Shown here in pieces: positions 29,206 to 39,985 of a DNA stretch of 64,000 nucleotides. The notes below the pieces were generated by a model. That model ran no database searches. It was not told where the DNA came from and worked only from the letters and a program-made list of their open reading frames with translations. Positions within the stretch are counted from its first letter, which is position 1. The number at the start of each line of letters is the position of its first letter. Origin of the DNA: Planctomycetota bacterium (lineage in GTDB: Bacteria; Planctomycetota; SZUA-567; H5-PLA8). A program made the position numbers and the translations under genes. The stretch spans positions 8,261-72,260 of the forward strand of contig JBBRPR010000046.1 in NCBI GenBank assembly GCA_038227875.1, read 5' to 3'.

Positions 29206-29772
29206 GTGGCCGCCAACCCGAACAGCACGCCCAACACCCCCAATCCCAACGCGCCGGAACAGCGTTCCAAACGCGCCTACAACTCGATGCTCGAGATCCG
29301 CAACAGCCTCTACCGCCGCCTCGTCGACTACGTGCTCACCAATGAAAACCGGCTCATGGACGAAGTCTCCGGCGAAGACACCTACAGCTTCACGCTGCAG
29401 CAGCTCGACGAACAGTTTCTTAACAAGCTCAACGTGGTCGAACGCGCCGTCGGCGAACTGACGCGCTGCGAAAACCGCGACGGGCAGATGACCACCACCA
29501 CTTACGAAGCCGTCGAAATCATCGCCAAGCGCCACGAGCTGCCGCAGAAAGTCGCCGACGCGCTGGCCGAGCATGGCGATTCCGATTTCCTCGACCTGTG
29601 CGTACTCCGCGCCGACGACAAGCAGGCGGAAGTGCTGCTGGTGATGGCCCGCGAAGACAACGGCCCCGCTCCGAAAAATGCCGCCCGTCCCGAACGCCTC
29701 GAACATGGCGAACAGGAACAGGGCGAGCAGGGCGAAGATGGCTCGACGGGCCCGGACACCAACGCGACCTGA
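29206..29772 (+). CDS. Hypothetical protein upstream of hemB
   Basis: GGAG RBS, host-like codon usage, co-oriented with hemB. Confidence 0.65.
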   Translation: MAANPNSTPNTPNPNAPEQRSKRAYNSMLEIRNSLYRRLVDYVLTNENRLMDEVSGEDTYSFTLQQLDEQFLNKLNVVERAVGELTRCENRDGQMTTTTYEAVEIIAKRHELPQKVADALAEHGDSDFLDLCVLRADDKQAEVLLVMAREDNGPAPKNAARPERLEHGEQEQGEQGEDGSTGPDTNAT

Positions 29773-29793
29773 TCGCGTTGAATCCCCCAGCCC

Positions 29794-30777
29794 ATGGCCT
29801 TTCCGCTCCATCGCTCGCGCCGCCTGAGAACTTCTGAAGCCCTCCGCCGTCTCGTGCGCGAGACGCGGTTGTCGGCTGGCGATTTCATCTCCCCGATATT
29901 TCTCTGCGACGGCGAAAAAGTCCGGCGCGAAGTCCCGTCGATGCCCGGCGTCTTTAATCTCTCCGTCGACGAAGCGGTACTGGAAGCCGTGCAGCTTCGC
30001 GAGCTCGGCATCCCCGCGGTGCTGCTCTTTGGCGTGCCGCCGAAAAATCGCAAGGACGCACACGGCTCCGAAGCATGGGCCGAGACCGGCCTGGTGCAGC
30101 GCGGACTGGCGGCGATCAAAAAGCGCGTGCCGGAATTGTGCCTCGTCGCCGATACCTGTTTCTGCGAATACACCGACCACGGCCACTGCGGCGTGCTCAA
30201 CGAAAAACGCGAAGTCGAAAACGATCCGACACTCGAACACCTCGCCTTGACGGCCGTCTCGCAAGCGCGCGCCGGAGCGGACATCATCGCGCCCTCTGCA
30301 ATGATGGACGGCATGGTTACCGCGATCCGCAAGGGACTCGACACGAACGGATTCGGCAACACTGCCATTCTCGCCTACAGCGTGAAGTACGCGTCGGCGT
30401 TCTACGGCCCGTTCCGGGACGCCGCCGATTCGGCGCCGGCCTTCGGCGACCGTCGGCAGTACCAGATGGATTACCACAACGTCCGCGAAGGCCTGCGCGA
30501 AGCACGCTACGACAGCGACGAAGGCGCCGACATCCTGATGGTCAAGCCCGCCTTGTCGTACCTCGACGTCATCCGCCAGGTTCGCGATCAGTGCGACCTG
30601 CCGCTCTGCGCGTACAATGTCTCCGGCGAATACAGCATGGTGAAAGCCGCCGCCCAAGCCGGCTGGATCGACGAAAAGCGCATCGTCCTGGAGATGCTGA
30701 CCTCGATCAAGCGCGCCGGAGCCGACATGATCATCACCTACTGGGCCAAAGACGTCGCACAGTGGTTGAAGGTGTAG
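29794..30777 (+). CDS. hemB: Porphobilinogen synthase (delta-aminolevulinate dehydratase)
   Basis: Zn site [11 protein letters not shown], 'APSAMMDG', '[13 protein letters not shown]', 'LMVKP', 'YNVSGEY'. Confidence 0.98.
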   Translation: MAFPLHRSRRLRTSEALRRLVRETRLSAGDFISPIFLCDGEKVRREVPSMPGVFNLSVDEAVLEAVQLRELGIPAVLLFGVPPKNRKDAHGSEAWAETGLVQRGLAAIKKRVPELCLVADTCFCEYTDHGHCGVLNEKREVENDPTLEHLALTAVSQARAGADIIAPSAMMDGMVTAIRKGLDTNGFGNTAILAYSVKYASAFYGPFRDAADSAPAFGDRRQYQMDYHNVREGLREARYDSDEGADILMVKPALSYLDVIRQVRDQCDLPLCAYNVSGEYSMVKAAAQAGWIDEKRIVLEMLTSIKRAGADMIITYWAKDVAQWLKV

Positions 30778-30813
30778 TTTTCCTCTCCCCTTTCCTTAAG
30801 AGGAGCAACAGAA

Positions 30814-31674
30814 ATGCTCATCGACTCCCACCAGCACACCAACTGGCACGGTAAAGGCTGCGACGCGGTCGTCGCCGACATGGACCAGGCGGGCATCGAC
30901 GTCTCGTGGCTGCTGTCGTGGGAAGTTCCGGATAACGAATACGATCAGTCGTATCAGCAAGTCTTCGATCCACGCAATGTCGGCATGCCGTTCACCGACA
31001 TCATTCATGCGTGCGAACGCCATCCGACGCGCTTCATCGCCGGTTACGCACCCGACCCGCGCCGGCCCGACGCGCTGGAACGCCTCGAAGCGGCCGTGAA
31101 GATGCATCAGGTCCGCGTCTACGGCGAATTGAAATTACGCGTGCTCTTCGACGACCCCGATTGCATCGCCATGTTCCGCAAGTGCGGCGAATTCAAGCTG
31201 CCGATCGTCTTCCATATCGACATCCCGCTGAAAGTGCGCCCGAAGCCGCCGAGCCGCGATTACTGGTACTGCGTCGACATCGACCGTCTGGAAACGGTGC
31301 TGAAGCTCTGCCCCGAAACCATTTTCATCGGCCACGCACCCGGCTTCTGGCGCCACATTTCCGGCGACGGCTACACCGCCGAATCCGCGTACCCGAAGAG
31401 CGAAGTCACGCCCGGCGGCCGCGTGCAGCAGTTGCTGGTGAAGTATCCGAATCTCTACGCCGACCTGAGCGCCGGCTCAGGTCTCACCGCCATCAGCCGC
31501 CCGCCGCAGGGCCACGGCCGCACATTCCTGACGGAGTTCCAGGACAAGCTGCTCTTCGGCCGCGACTGCTTCGACAACCGCCTGATGGATTTTCTAAAAA
31601 CGCAAGACCTGCCCAAAGAGGCGTGGGATAAGATCACGCATCAGAATGCGCAGAAGATCGTGCGGCCGCTTTAA
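30814..31674 (+). CDS. Amidohydrolase family protein (Amidohydro_2-like)
   Basis: 'IDSHQH', 'GELK', 'IVFH', 'FIGHAP', 'YADLSA', 'LLFGRD'. Confidence 0.85.
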   Translation: MLIDSHQHTNWHGKGCDAVVADMDQAGIDVSWLLSWEVPDNEYDQSYQQVFDPRNVGMPFTDIIHACERHPTRFIAGYAPDPRRPDALERLEAAVKMHQVRVYGELKLRVLFDDPDCIAMFRKCGEFKLPIVFHIDIPLKVRPKPPSRDYWYCVDIDRLETVLKLCPETIFIGHAPGFWRHISGDGYTAESAYPKSEVTPGGRVQQLLVKYPNLYADLSAGSGLTAISRPPQGHGRTFLTEFQDKLLFGRDCFDNRLMDFLKTQDLPKEAWDKITHQNAQKIVRPL

Positions 31675-31739
31675 ACAAGCGACTTGGTGAGGTGACGAGT
31701 ACGAACTATTGAATGGGGCTTCTTACATCAGGAAAAAAT

Positions 31740-32138
31740 ATGGAAACTGCAGTCCCGGTCGAAACTAATCCGGTTGAACCTTCTTCGAAAACCTATCGCG
31801 ACGGCATCGTTGATACCGTCACCGTCGTCTCGATCTGCGCGTTGCTTAACGACGCTTACGACATCTGGTTCGTGATTCCAAAGTTCACTGACGTCTTTAA
31901 ATCGTTTCGCGTGGAACTTCCTCCGCTCACACGGTTTTTTCTATTTCTATCGCACAGCACATCGCTCGTGTTCATCTTTCTGGGTGCAGGCATTCTTTTG
32001 CTGGAGTTCGTCCGAAGAACTCACTCACGTCGCTGGGCGTTCGCCGTAATGATTTTAGTACTCGCGATGGGACCGCTTTCCACCCAATCCGTCTTCCTTC
32101 CCATTTATAAAATACAGGATCAACTGCGACAGAAATAA
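31740..32138 (+). CDS. Small membrane protein with PilC/GspF-like segment
   Basis: 'FVIPKFTDVFKSFRVELPPLTR' and terminal 'VFLPIYKI' echo PilC/GspF motifs; three TM helices. Confidence 0.55.
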   Translation: METAVPVETNPVEPSSKTYRDGIVDTVTVVSICALLNDAYDIWFVIPKFTDVFKSFRVELPPLTRFFLFLSHSTSLVFIFLGAGILLLEFVRRTHSRRWAFAVMILVLAMGPLSTQSVFLPIYKIQDQLRQK

Positions 32139-32238
32139 GCAAATGCGCCGATCGCAAACTCGGGCGCACTCCGCCACACACGTTCGCCCACCTCTGACCC
32201 TTGGCCCCTGACCCCTCGCGCGTCAGCGCGCTGCGCCG

Positions 32239-33012
32239 CTAGTTGCCGCCGAGCTGGCTGATCCCGCTGTTGTCCTGAATCCGATGCACCAGATGCTTGG
32301 GCGGCGCTTTGCCGTCGGCCGGCTTGTCGGGCGGCAGCACGCCGACGGACGTCCGGATCGCCTCGGCCACGTAGTCGTCAATGAAGGCAGCGCCTTCCAG
32401 CCCCGAATACGGATCGCGCATGTGGCGGATCGACTCGCAGCAGCTCGCGTAGAGGTCGACGACGCTACTGGTATGAGCCTGATTGAATTTAAACGCGCCG
32501 TCGACGATCACCTTCAGCCACGTCGCTTGGGTCGACGGGCTGCGCATCAGCTGCGCCATCTCCGGCGACATCTTGGGGTACTTCTCGAGCGCCTTCTCGG
32601 TGCCGGCCTTGATTTTCTCGCGCGCTTCCCGCTTCGCGTCGTCTAAATCCGTCAGCAGTTTGCGGCGCAATTCGGGCGTGGCGTCCAGCAAGGTCTTGGG
32701 ACGCGCCGGGTCCGCGCCCTCGCCCGGAGCAGACTTCGCTGCGGCGACCGCGGGTTTTGCGTCCGTCTTTTTTCCGGCGCTGGCTTGAAGTTCCCGCCGC
32801 ACGCCATCGACGCTGATCGCGCGAATCAGCGCGACATCCAATTTTAATTCCGCGCCGCCACTGTTGAACGTGATGGCATCCGGCGTTTCCGCGACGAGCT
32901 TGCCGTTCATTTTGGAACCGTTGAGCATCTCCAGCTCATCGGCCGCCCGTGCGTTCCAAAAGATACCACAGCACGCCAGCAACCCCGCGCCCATCAGCCA
33001 TTTCATAATCAT
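32239..33012 (-). CDS. Secreted hypothetical protein
   Basis: Signal peptide ending ARA; N-terminal beta-rich 'DELEMLNGSKMNGKLV' module. Confidence 0.65.
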   Translation of the reverse strand: MIMKWLMGAGLLACCGIFWNARAADELEMLNGSKMNGKLVAETPDAITFNSGGAELKLDVALIRAISVDGVRRELQASAGKKTDAKPAVAAAKSAPGEGADPARPKTLLDATPELRRKLLTDLDDAKREAREKIKAGTEKALEKYPKMSPEMAQLMRSPSTQATWLKVIVDGAFKFNQAHTSSVVDLYASCCESIRHMRDPYSGLEGAAFIDDYVAEAIRTSVGVLPPDKPADGKAPPKHLVHRIQDNSGISQLGGN

Positions 33013-33099
33013 GCACTCCGCGAGAACCGGTGAATACGACTGCAGTTCTGTCGCACAATCCGGCGGAATGCTGCCTGCAAGTTTAAAGAAATTTCAACG

Positions 33100-34251
33100 C
33101 TACACGCGTTTCGCGTTGGCGGCCTCGCTGATTTTCTTCACGTCCTGGTCGCGGTCCAGGCGGCAGATCAGGATGTCATCGCCGCTCTGCACGACAGCGA
33201 GGTTCTCAACGCCAATCAGCGCCACACGCTTTCCCGGCGCGAAAACGAGATTGCCCTTCGCGTCCAGTGGCAGCACGGTCGTCGCGGGCCCGATGGCGTT
33301 TCCGCTGCTGGAATCCACGTGCCCCGCCACGGCGCTCCACGAACCGATGTCATCCCAATCGAACTCCGCGACAACCGTGGCGACAACCCTTGCGTGTTCC
33401 ATGATGCCGAAGTCGATCGACGTTTTCTTCAGCTCGGGAAAATGCTTTTTCGCGGCGGCCTGCCATTCCGCTCCGCCGGTCGCGGCGGGTCCGCCGGGCA
33501 GTGCGGCAAGCGCTTCGATCATCGCCGCATGTCCGGGAAGTTGCGCTTTGAATTCACCGAGCAGCGTCGACATCTGCCAGAGAAAGATACCGCCGTTCCA
33601 GTAGTACTCCTTGGATGAGACATACTGTTCCGCCGTCGCGCGATCGGGCTTCTCGCGGAATTGTTTGACGTTGTACACGGCCGGTGCGTCCGGCTTGGCG
33701 GTCTTCACCGTGACTTTATCGCCGCGCTGAATGTAGCCGTAGGCGGTCGCGGGATTCCGCGCCACGATGCCGAAGGTCATCATCGCGTTCAACTGACACG
33801 CGGCCGCGGCGCCGGTCAGCGCGCTCTGCTGAAAACGATCAAGCTGCGAAATCACATGATCGCCGGGCAGCACGAACATGACTTGATCGGCGCCCTTGCT
33901 CTCCGACGGACGGCGCGCAATCGCCGCCGCCGCGTACGCCACCGCGCCAGCGGTGTCGCGGGGTTCGGGCTCGATGAGTAGATTGCTCGCTGGCAATTCC
34001 GGCAGCGAGGCACGGATCAGCTCCGCCTGCGCACTGCCGGCGACGACGAAGCAATCGTTGGCCGAAGCCACGCCGCGCGCGCGTTCCCACGCGCCTTCCA
34101 GCAGACTCTGTGGCTGCCCCGCGCTGGGTCCGGAAGAATTTGTTTTCCCGAACAGCCGCAGATCCCACTTGGGCCGCTCGCGCCCCGACGCCGGCCACAA
34201 CCGCGACGATGCACCACCCGCCAGAATCACCGGATAGATCGATAGAGCCAT
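33100..34251 (-). CDS. manC: Mannose-1-phosphate guanylyltransferase
   Basis: 'VILAGG.SSRLWP.S...PK', 'EPEPRDTA', 'PGDHVI', 'FREKP', 'WNGGIF', 'SIDFGIME', 'WDDIGSW'. Confidence 0.9.
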   Translation of the reverse strand: MALSIYPVILAGGASSRLWPASGRERPKWDLRLFGKTNSSGPSAGQPQSLLEGAWERARGVASANDCFVVAGSAQAELIRASLPELPASNLLIEPEPRDTAGAVAYAAAAIARRPSESKGADQVMFVLPGDHVISQLDRFQQSALTGAAAACQLNAMMTFGIVARNPATAYGYIQRGDKVTVKTAKPDAPAVYNVKQFREKPDRATAEQYVSSKEYYWNGGIFLWQMSTLLGEFKAQLPGHAAMIEALAALPGGPAATGGAEWQAAAKKHFPELKKTSIDFGIMEHARVVATVVAEFDWDDIGSWSAVAGHVDSSSGNAIGPATTVLPLDAKGNLVFAPGKRVALIGVENLAVVQSGDDILICRLDRDQDVKKISEAANAKRV

Positions 34252-34430
34252 TGTGCACTCCTTCTGTTCAGGAAAGTTCGACCACATGATATCCGCGTAA
34301 ATTTGATTGAACAGCCGAGTTGCAAAATGGGGATTTTTCAAGGTGATCCAGTGACCCGGGCGGCGCAATCAGGTAAATGTAAGCTCATCCGTTTGTTCAC
34401 CGTCCGCACGGTGGAACTGGGCGCTGGGAA

Positions 34431-35882
34431 ATGGCAATGGAAGATGGAAGTGGTGCGCCCGCCGATCCGCGTGTCCCGTTGGCCGCGTGGTATCTGCAGC
34501 CCGGCCTGCGACGCATGATGATGATTCCGTTGATGGAAGCGGTGGCGCTGACAGTCCTGCTGCTCTTGTTGCGACAGTCAGGCGGCGATCCGCGCGCCAA
34601 TCTGGCGGAGAGCACTGCGGCCTTTATCGCCGCGGCCCCGCCTCCTGTCGCCAAGTCTGAAAACGCGGCTGAACTTTACGCCGCCGCCACGTTGCTGGTC
34701 CGTCCGGTTTCGGGTTTCTTAATTACCGCCCACCAAAGTTCCGAAGAAATGCAATCGCCGGCGTGGCTGGAAAACTCGGAGGCACGCGCCTATTACTCCG
34801 CCAATTTGCCGGCCATAAACGCGCTGCTACTGGCTACGCAAACTGAGAAGTGCAATTTTGGAGTCAACTACCCGCTGGGAAATTCCGCGCCGCTGCCTCA
34901 GCTGAAAAAGTTGCGCGAAGCCGGGCGCTTGCTCGCCCTGGATGCGCGCATGAAAGCCCATGCCGGAGATCACGCCGGCGCCGCCTCTACGCTGGCGGCG
35001 ATGTATGCCTTGGCGCGCCACATCGGCAGCGATCGCTTTCTGATCTCGCAACTGGTGCAGATAGCGATCGAGTCCCAAGCCGACTCAACTCTCGAAAACA
35101 TCGTGTGCTGCGATCCGCCCACGAAAACCGCGGAACTGGAAGCCTACCGCAAACAGCTCCGCACCAACCGCGAAGGCACCCAGCGCAGCATCGAGGCGCT
35201 CCAGACTGAAAAGAAGATGTGCCTCATGGGCATCGACACGTTTGCCACCAGCGGCTTGACCATGCCCATGGGAAAAAGTTCGGCCGTGGTCAATAACGAT
35301 TTTTATGCCGCGCTCTTATACCCCTCTGATCGCGCCTGCTGCCAGGAAGTCATGGACGAATTCATGGCGCGGGCCGCTCGCGGCGAGACGATGGACGACA
35401 CGGAAGTGGATGACTTTCTGTCCGCCCGCCAGATAGGGCCGATGGTAATGACGCGCATGATGTTGCCGGCGATGGGCCGTATCGTCTACCGCTTTCAACG
35501 CAACGACGAGTCGGCCCAACTGGCGGATACGGCGTTGGCGTTCCTGTTGTACCGGGCCAAATACGGTCGCGACGTGGCGCGGATTGACGATCTCGTCCCT
35601 GAATTTCTGCCAAAAGTTCCCACCGACTTCTTCCATCATCTTCCGCTCAAGCTCGCTTCGAGTCCCATTTCCGAAACGCAACACGGCTGGCAGAAGGAAT
35701 TCTTCGGCGACCAGAATATCATCCGGATCTACAGCTTCGGCAAGAATGGCATCGACGAAAATGGCCTGGGCAATGAGGGCATGGACCCCGATGACCAGGC
35801 CTTCATCCTTCCGCCTCTGGGATTCAAGCCCGCTCCGCCCGTGAAAGCTCCCGCGGGATCAAACACCGGAGCCGACTTCTGA
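34431..35882 (+). CDS. Hypothetical membrane-anchored protein with pseudopilin-like C-terminus
   Basis: N-terminal TM, helical body, C-terminal 'LVPEFLPKVPTD...IYSFGKNGIDENG' resembling GspG-type tails. Confidence 0.7.
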   Translation: MAMEDGSGAPADPRVPLAAWYLQPGLRRMMMIPLMEAVALTVLLLLLRQSGGDPRANLAESTAAFIAAAPPPVAKSENAAELYAAATLLVRPVSGFLITAHQSSEEMQSPAWLENSEARAYYSANLPAINALLLATQTEKCNFGVNYPLGNSAPLPQLKKLREAGRLLALDARMKAHAGDHAGAASTLAAMYALARHIGSDRFLISQLVQIAIESQADSTLENIVCCDPPTKTAELEAYRKQLRTNREGTQRSIEALQTEKKMCLMGIDTFATSGLTMPMGKSSAVVNNDFYAALLYPSDRACCQEVMDEFMARAARGETMDDTEVDDFLSARQIGPMVMTRMMLPAMGRIVYRFQRNDESAQLADTALAFLLYRAKYGRDVARIDDLVPEFLPKVPTDFFHHLPLKLASSPISETQHGWQKEFFGDQNIIRIYSFGKNGIDENGLGNEGMDPDDQAFILPPLGFKPAPPVKAPAGSNTGADF

Positions 35883-36652
35883 TGGACGCCCCCGTTCCCA
35901 ATCCCTCCGCCTCCATCGCTCCGCGGGGCGGAATTGTGGCGCGGTGGTTGCAGCGGCGTCGCGCGCGGCGAGAGGCTTCGCGCGACTTCGATTCACGCTG
36001 GGTCGGCCGCGCGCTGTTGTTGCCGGTTATCGCGTCCCAGTTCGTCTGGTTTCCAGTCGCCAACGCGGTCTCGGCGGCGCTGTTACTGGCCACGGCGCTG
36101 TGCGGCGCACTGATTTGCGCTTACTACGCGCATCTGCTTCTGGCGCGGCTGCAGTGTTCGCTGCTGGAATTCCTGGTGCTGATCGCCGGACTGGGCAGTT
36201 GGCTGGGAATGCTGCTGGCCAGTCCCGCGCTCTACGCGCTGGGGACGCACTGGGTCGTGATTCTCACACTCTTTGGCGCGGGCTGGGTGCTCCACGGCGC
36301 GGTGCTCGGAGTGGCACAAGCGCGACTGCTGGGCGTGGAATCGCCGGCCGCCCGGGCGTGTCATATTCTTCTGGGTTGGATTACGTCCGGGTCGCGCGGT
36401 GTGCTGCTGCTGGGTTTGTCGCTGTCGCTGATTCGTCTCGCTGACCGGCGGAGCTTTGCAGAAATGCTCGGCCAGCGCTTGGCCACATGGGGAACCGCGC
36501 TCTTCATAGCGGGAATCGCCGGGGCCCTGCTGAGCTTCGTGGTGAATTTCAAAACCCGCCGCGCCGCACAGAAAATCCTGGGCGAAACCGTTCCCCAATC
36601 TCGCGCGATCAGTGCGGCTCAACCAGCGCACAATGCCACCTTCCCCGCGTGA
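35882..36652 (+). CDS. Integral membrane hypothetical protein
   Basis: Multiple hydrophobic helices; TGATG coupling with the upstream gene. Confidence 0.65.
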   Translation: MDAPVPNPSASIAPRGGIVARWLQRRRARREASRDFDSRWVGRALLLPVIASQFVWFPVANAVSAALLLATALCGALICAYYAHLLLARLQCSLLEFLVLIAGLGSWLGMLLASPALYALGTHWVVILTLFGAGWVLHGAVLGVAQARLLGVESPAARACHILLGWITSGSRGVLLLGLSLSLIRLADRRSFAEMLGQRLATWGTALFIAGIAGALLSFVVNFKTRRAAQKILGETVPQSRAISAAQPAHNATFPA

Positions 36653-36740
36653 ATTTCTTCGCGAGGACCGTCAGGTCAATTGGCCTGCTGTGGGCTTTTA
36701 ACCAGTAAGCCAATTGGGTCGCGGGGTCTGTGTCACTGGT

Positions 36741-36772
36741 GTGAGCATAAGGAAAATTTTCCTTATGCTCAC
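36741..36772. other. Perfect 32-bp palindrome centred on GGAAAATTTTCC (terminator or operator)
   Basis: GTGAGCATAAGGAAAATTTTCCTTATGCTCAC, overlapping the kinase stop codon between convergent genes. Confidence 0.6.
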
Positions 36773-39720
36773 TTCGCGGGCGTAAACGCCAGCCGCATGC
36801 CCAGCTCGTAGCTCCACGCGTTCGGCGAGAGGCTCCGGCGCGCCGTGGAGCGGCAGTCGATCGGGCGGAACAGATACGAGCCGCCGCGCAGCGCGCGCTT
36901 GGCGTTGCTGGGTACGTCTGTCGCGTCGGCAATGATCTCCGGCGCGTTGGGCGACTGTGCCTGGGGGTATTCGGAGTATGCGTCCTGGCACCACTGGAAG
37001 ACGTTGCCCGACATATCCATCGCGCCGCACCAGCTGCGGTTGTCGAACGCCCCCACCGGCGCAGTGAACGCAAAGCCGTCGTCGGCTCCGGAATACGTCC
37101 AGCCCCGCGGTCCCAGCGGATGGAGCCGCTGATCGCTGTGGTTGGCGCGGCGGCCGTCCCAGGAATTGCCCCACGGGTAGTTGAAATTCTTCGGACCGCG
37201 CGCGGCGTATTCCCATTCGGCTTCCGTCGGCAGGCGCAGCGTTTTGCCGCACTGCTTCGACGCCCATTCCGCAAACGCAGTGCAGTCGCGCCAGTTCAAA
37301 TTGACCACGGGATGATCTTCGCCTTGCTGGAATCCCGGCTTCATCCACGACGCGCCCGGCGTCAGCGTCCAGGCGTGATCGACGAGCGTGTACGCCTCGC
37401 CGCGGCGTTCGGCGGCGGTTCGGTACTGCGTCGCAGAGACAAACGCACGGAACTGCGCGACGGTCACCGGCGTCTTGGCGATGTAGTACGCGCCCACGTC
37501 CACTCGGTGAGCTGGAACTTCGTCGGCGTAGTCTTTTTCGTCGGCCTGCGCTTTCCGGCAGAGCTCCGCCAGTGCGGAGCGATCGGTGCCCATCATGTAC
37601 GTGCCGGCCGGCACGAGCACAAAATCCATCGAGATGCCATTGCCCAGATCGGCCGTGACCTCCTTCGGCAGATCTGCGCTCACCGCCAGTGGCGCCGGCG
37701 CGGGCTTGGCTGCTTCGGCGAGCTTCTTGGCTTCGGCCGCTTCCTGATCGGCTTTCGCCTTGCCTTCGGCGAGCTTCGCGGCTTCCTCGGCTTTTGCCTT
37801 CGCAGCGGCGGCCGCAATCGCGGCCTGTTTTTCCGGCTCAGTCTTTTTCGCTTCGGCGGCTTCGGCTTCAGCTTTCGCCTTGGCGGCGGCTTCCTGTTCG
37901 GCCTTGGCGCGCGCTTCAGCTTCGGCGATCTTCTTCTTTTCGATTTCCTCAGCCTTCAGCTTTTCCGCGGCGGCGACTTTGGCGTCTTCTTCAGCCTTCA
38001 GTTTCGCGGCTTCCGCGGCCTGCTTTTCCGCGTCGTCTTTCTTCGCCTTTTCGGCGGCTTCCGCTTCAGCCTTCAGCTTCGCGTCCTGCTCTTCCTTCGC
38101 TTTCGCTTCGGCCGCGAGCTTCGCCTTGGCTGCTTCCTCTTCCTTGGCCTTCGCTTCGACAGCAGCGGCCGCGACTTTGTCCTCTTCGGCTTTCTTGTCG
38201 GCGGCGAGCTTGTCCGCGTCGGCCTTGGCTTTGGCTTCGGCGTCAGCTTTTTCTTTTGCCTCTCGCTCGGCTCGTTCCTTATCGGGGACCTTGTCCGGCA
38301 CAACTGCAACGACCGGCGGCTTCTTCTTGCCCAGGAATCCCAACTGCCACGCGCCACCCGCGACGGCGATCAGCAGCAGCGCGGCGGCCATCAGCGGCAT
38401 CATCATGCTGCGTTTGGGAGCGGCGCCGACTTCCTCCAACTCCGCGCCTTCCTCGATGCTCTGATCGGGAATCGTGATCTCCGCCGTGTCCGGAACTTCT
38501 TCGATGGTTCCCGCCGGAGTCGACGCCAGATCCTGCGCCAGCGCTTCGGTCTCAGCGCTCGCGCCACGCCCCGATGCGGGCCCCGCCACCGGGAAGGACA
38601 GCTTGCCGCCAATGACTGTGACATCGTCGCCCGGTCCGCCCGAGGCCGCCGATGCGGTGGACTCCGCCGCCATCGGTTCAGCGTTGGAGAGAAAATTCTT
38701 GATCGCCGGATCCAGATGCGCGACCGTCGGCAGCAGCGCATCGATGGCTTTCAACGCTTCGGCCTGCGCTTCCACCGTGCCGTTGTAGGCGCTGCGGGCG
38801 AGCTTCAAAGCGTTGAGCAGGATCGACCCGTTCTGGAATCGCGCCGACGCGTTCTTCTTTAGGCACGCTTCAACCACGCGGTTGGTCGCGCGCGAAACAT
38901 CGGGCCGCCACGTCCGCAGGTCGTTGCTGTCGTGTGTCACCGTCGACGAGAGCACCACGCTCAGGCTCGGCCCACCAAACGGCGGCTGGCCGACCAGCAG
39001 GCCGTACATCGTCGCACCCACCGAAAAGATATCCGATGCCGCCGTAATGTTCTTCGAGCCGACCGCTTCTTCCGGCGACATGAATCCGGGCGTACCGGTT
39101 TCCGCCGGCGAACCTTCGAGCATGCGGGCCGTGGCGTCGTTGTACGCCAGTCCGAGATCGGCGAGCTTGGCCTGCGCGTACAGCGGCGTGTCGTTGTTCT
39201 CACCATTCGGGATGATGATGCTCGACGGGCGGATATCGCGGTGGATGAACCCCGCGGCGTGTGCGGCGGCCAGACCCTCGCAGGCGGCGATGCACAGTTC
39301 GAGCACCGCGACTTCGTCCATGCCGGGCTTCAGGCGTTCGCGCAGGATCGTCAGCTGATGCTGAGCCGAACGGCCGTTGATGTACTCCATGACCTGGAAG
39401 AACACGTCCGCTTCCGTGCCTACTTCATAAACCTTGACCAGCCGCGGTGACTCCACCGATTCCGCCGCGCGCGCATTGGCGAGGAACAGGCCGAAGCGTT
39501 CGGTGCGTTCATCCTTCGCATACGGAATAATTTTGACCGCGACTTCGCGATCCAGCGTCGGGTGCACGGCGCGATAGCAGGCGCCGCTTTCGCCTTGTCC
39601 AATCTTGGTGAGCAACGGAATGCCGCCAAGCGCGGGCTGTCGAAACGCGCCGACCTGCATGCGGCCGACACTCTGCAGTAAAGTTTCGTGGGTGAGGTCC
39701 TGACTGGTAATTTCTGCCAT
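36769..39720 (-). CDS. Ser/Thr kinase domain - TM - Ala/Glu/Lys-rich stalk - FGE-sulfatase (SUMF1) domain protein
   Basis: VAVK, HRDIRPSSI, DLGLA, GTPGFMSPE; TM 'ALLLIAVAGGAW'; TolA-like repeats; 'RLPTEAEWEYAARG', 'DMSGNV', 'RGGSY'. Confidence 0.9.
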   Translation of the reverse strand: MAEITSQDLTHETLLQSVGRMQVGAFRQPALGGIPLLTKIGQGESGACYRAVHPTLDREVAVKIIPYAKDERTERFGLFLANARAAESVESPRLVKVYEVGTEADVFFQVMEYINGRSAQHQLTILRERLKPGMDEVAVLELCIAACEGLAAAHAAGFIHRDIRPSSIIIPNGENNDTPLYAQAKLADLGLAYNDATARMLEGSPAETGTPGFMSPEEAVGSKNITAASDIFSVGATMYGLLVGQPPFGGPSLSVVLSSTVTHDSNDLRTWRPDVSRATNRVVEACLKKNASARFQNGSILLNALKLARSAYNGTVEAQAEALKAIDALLPTVAHLDPAIKNFLSNAEPMAAESTASAASGGPGDDVTVIGGKLSFPVAGPASGRGASAETEALAQDLASTPAGTIEEVPDTAEITIPDQSIEEGAELEEVGAAPKRSMMMPLMAAALLLIAVAGGAWQLGFLGKKKPPVVAVVPDKVPDKERAEREAKEKADAEAKAKADADKLAADKKAEEDKVAAAAVEAKAKEEEAAKAKLAAEAKAKEEQDAKLKAEAEAAEKAKKDDAEKQAAEAAKLKAEEDAKVAAAEKLKAEEIEKKKIAEAEARAKAEQEAAAKAKAEAEAAEAKKTEPEKQAAIAAAAAKAKAEEAAKLAEGKAKADQEAAEAKKLAEAAKPAPAPLAVSADLPKEVTADLGNGISMDFVLVPAGTYMMGTDRSALAELCRKAQADEKDYADEVPAHRVDVGAYYIAKTPVTVAQFRAFVSATQYRTAAERRGEAYTLVDHAWTLTPGASWMKPGFQQGEDHPVVNLNWRDCTAFAEWASKQCGKTLRLPTEAEWEYAARGPKNFNYPWGNSWDGRRANHSDQRLHPLGPRGWTYSGADDGFAFTAPVGAFDNRSWCGAMDMSGNVFQWCQDAYSEYPQAQSPNAPEIIADATDVPSNAKRALRGGSYLFRPIDCRSTARRSLSPNAWSYELGMRLAFTPAK

Positions 39721-39985
39721 GCGTCCCCGCCGATCCGTGTGAGTCCACGACATGATGCGCAGCGCGCAGTTATGTCATTGTTTTCCGACGACAACACAAC
39801 GTGCAAAGTTCACCTGAAGCTTAGTGACCGGAAGTGCCGATACAACAAGTTTTGCGGAAAAATCTCCTCTACCTTAATTCACGCAAGCAACCTTCTCTCT
39901 GATTCGCCATTTTTTATGGAACTTTCTTCCCGATCACTCGTTCTAAACCTACATGTGTTGATTCGACCACTGAACAGGAGAAGCC

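Noticed and set aside
37120..38862. Long plus-strand ORFs and repetitive DNA
   Set aside because: Explained by the Ala/Glu/Lys-rich stalk of the kinase on the minus strand; not a CRISPR array or DNA repeat element.
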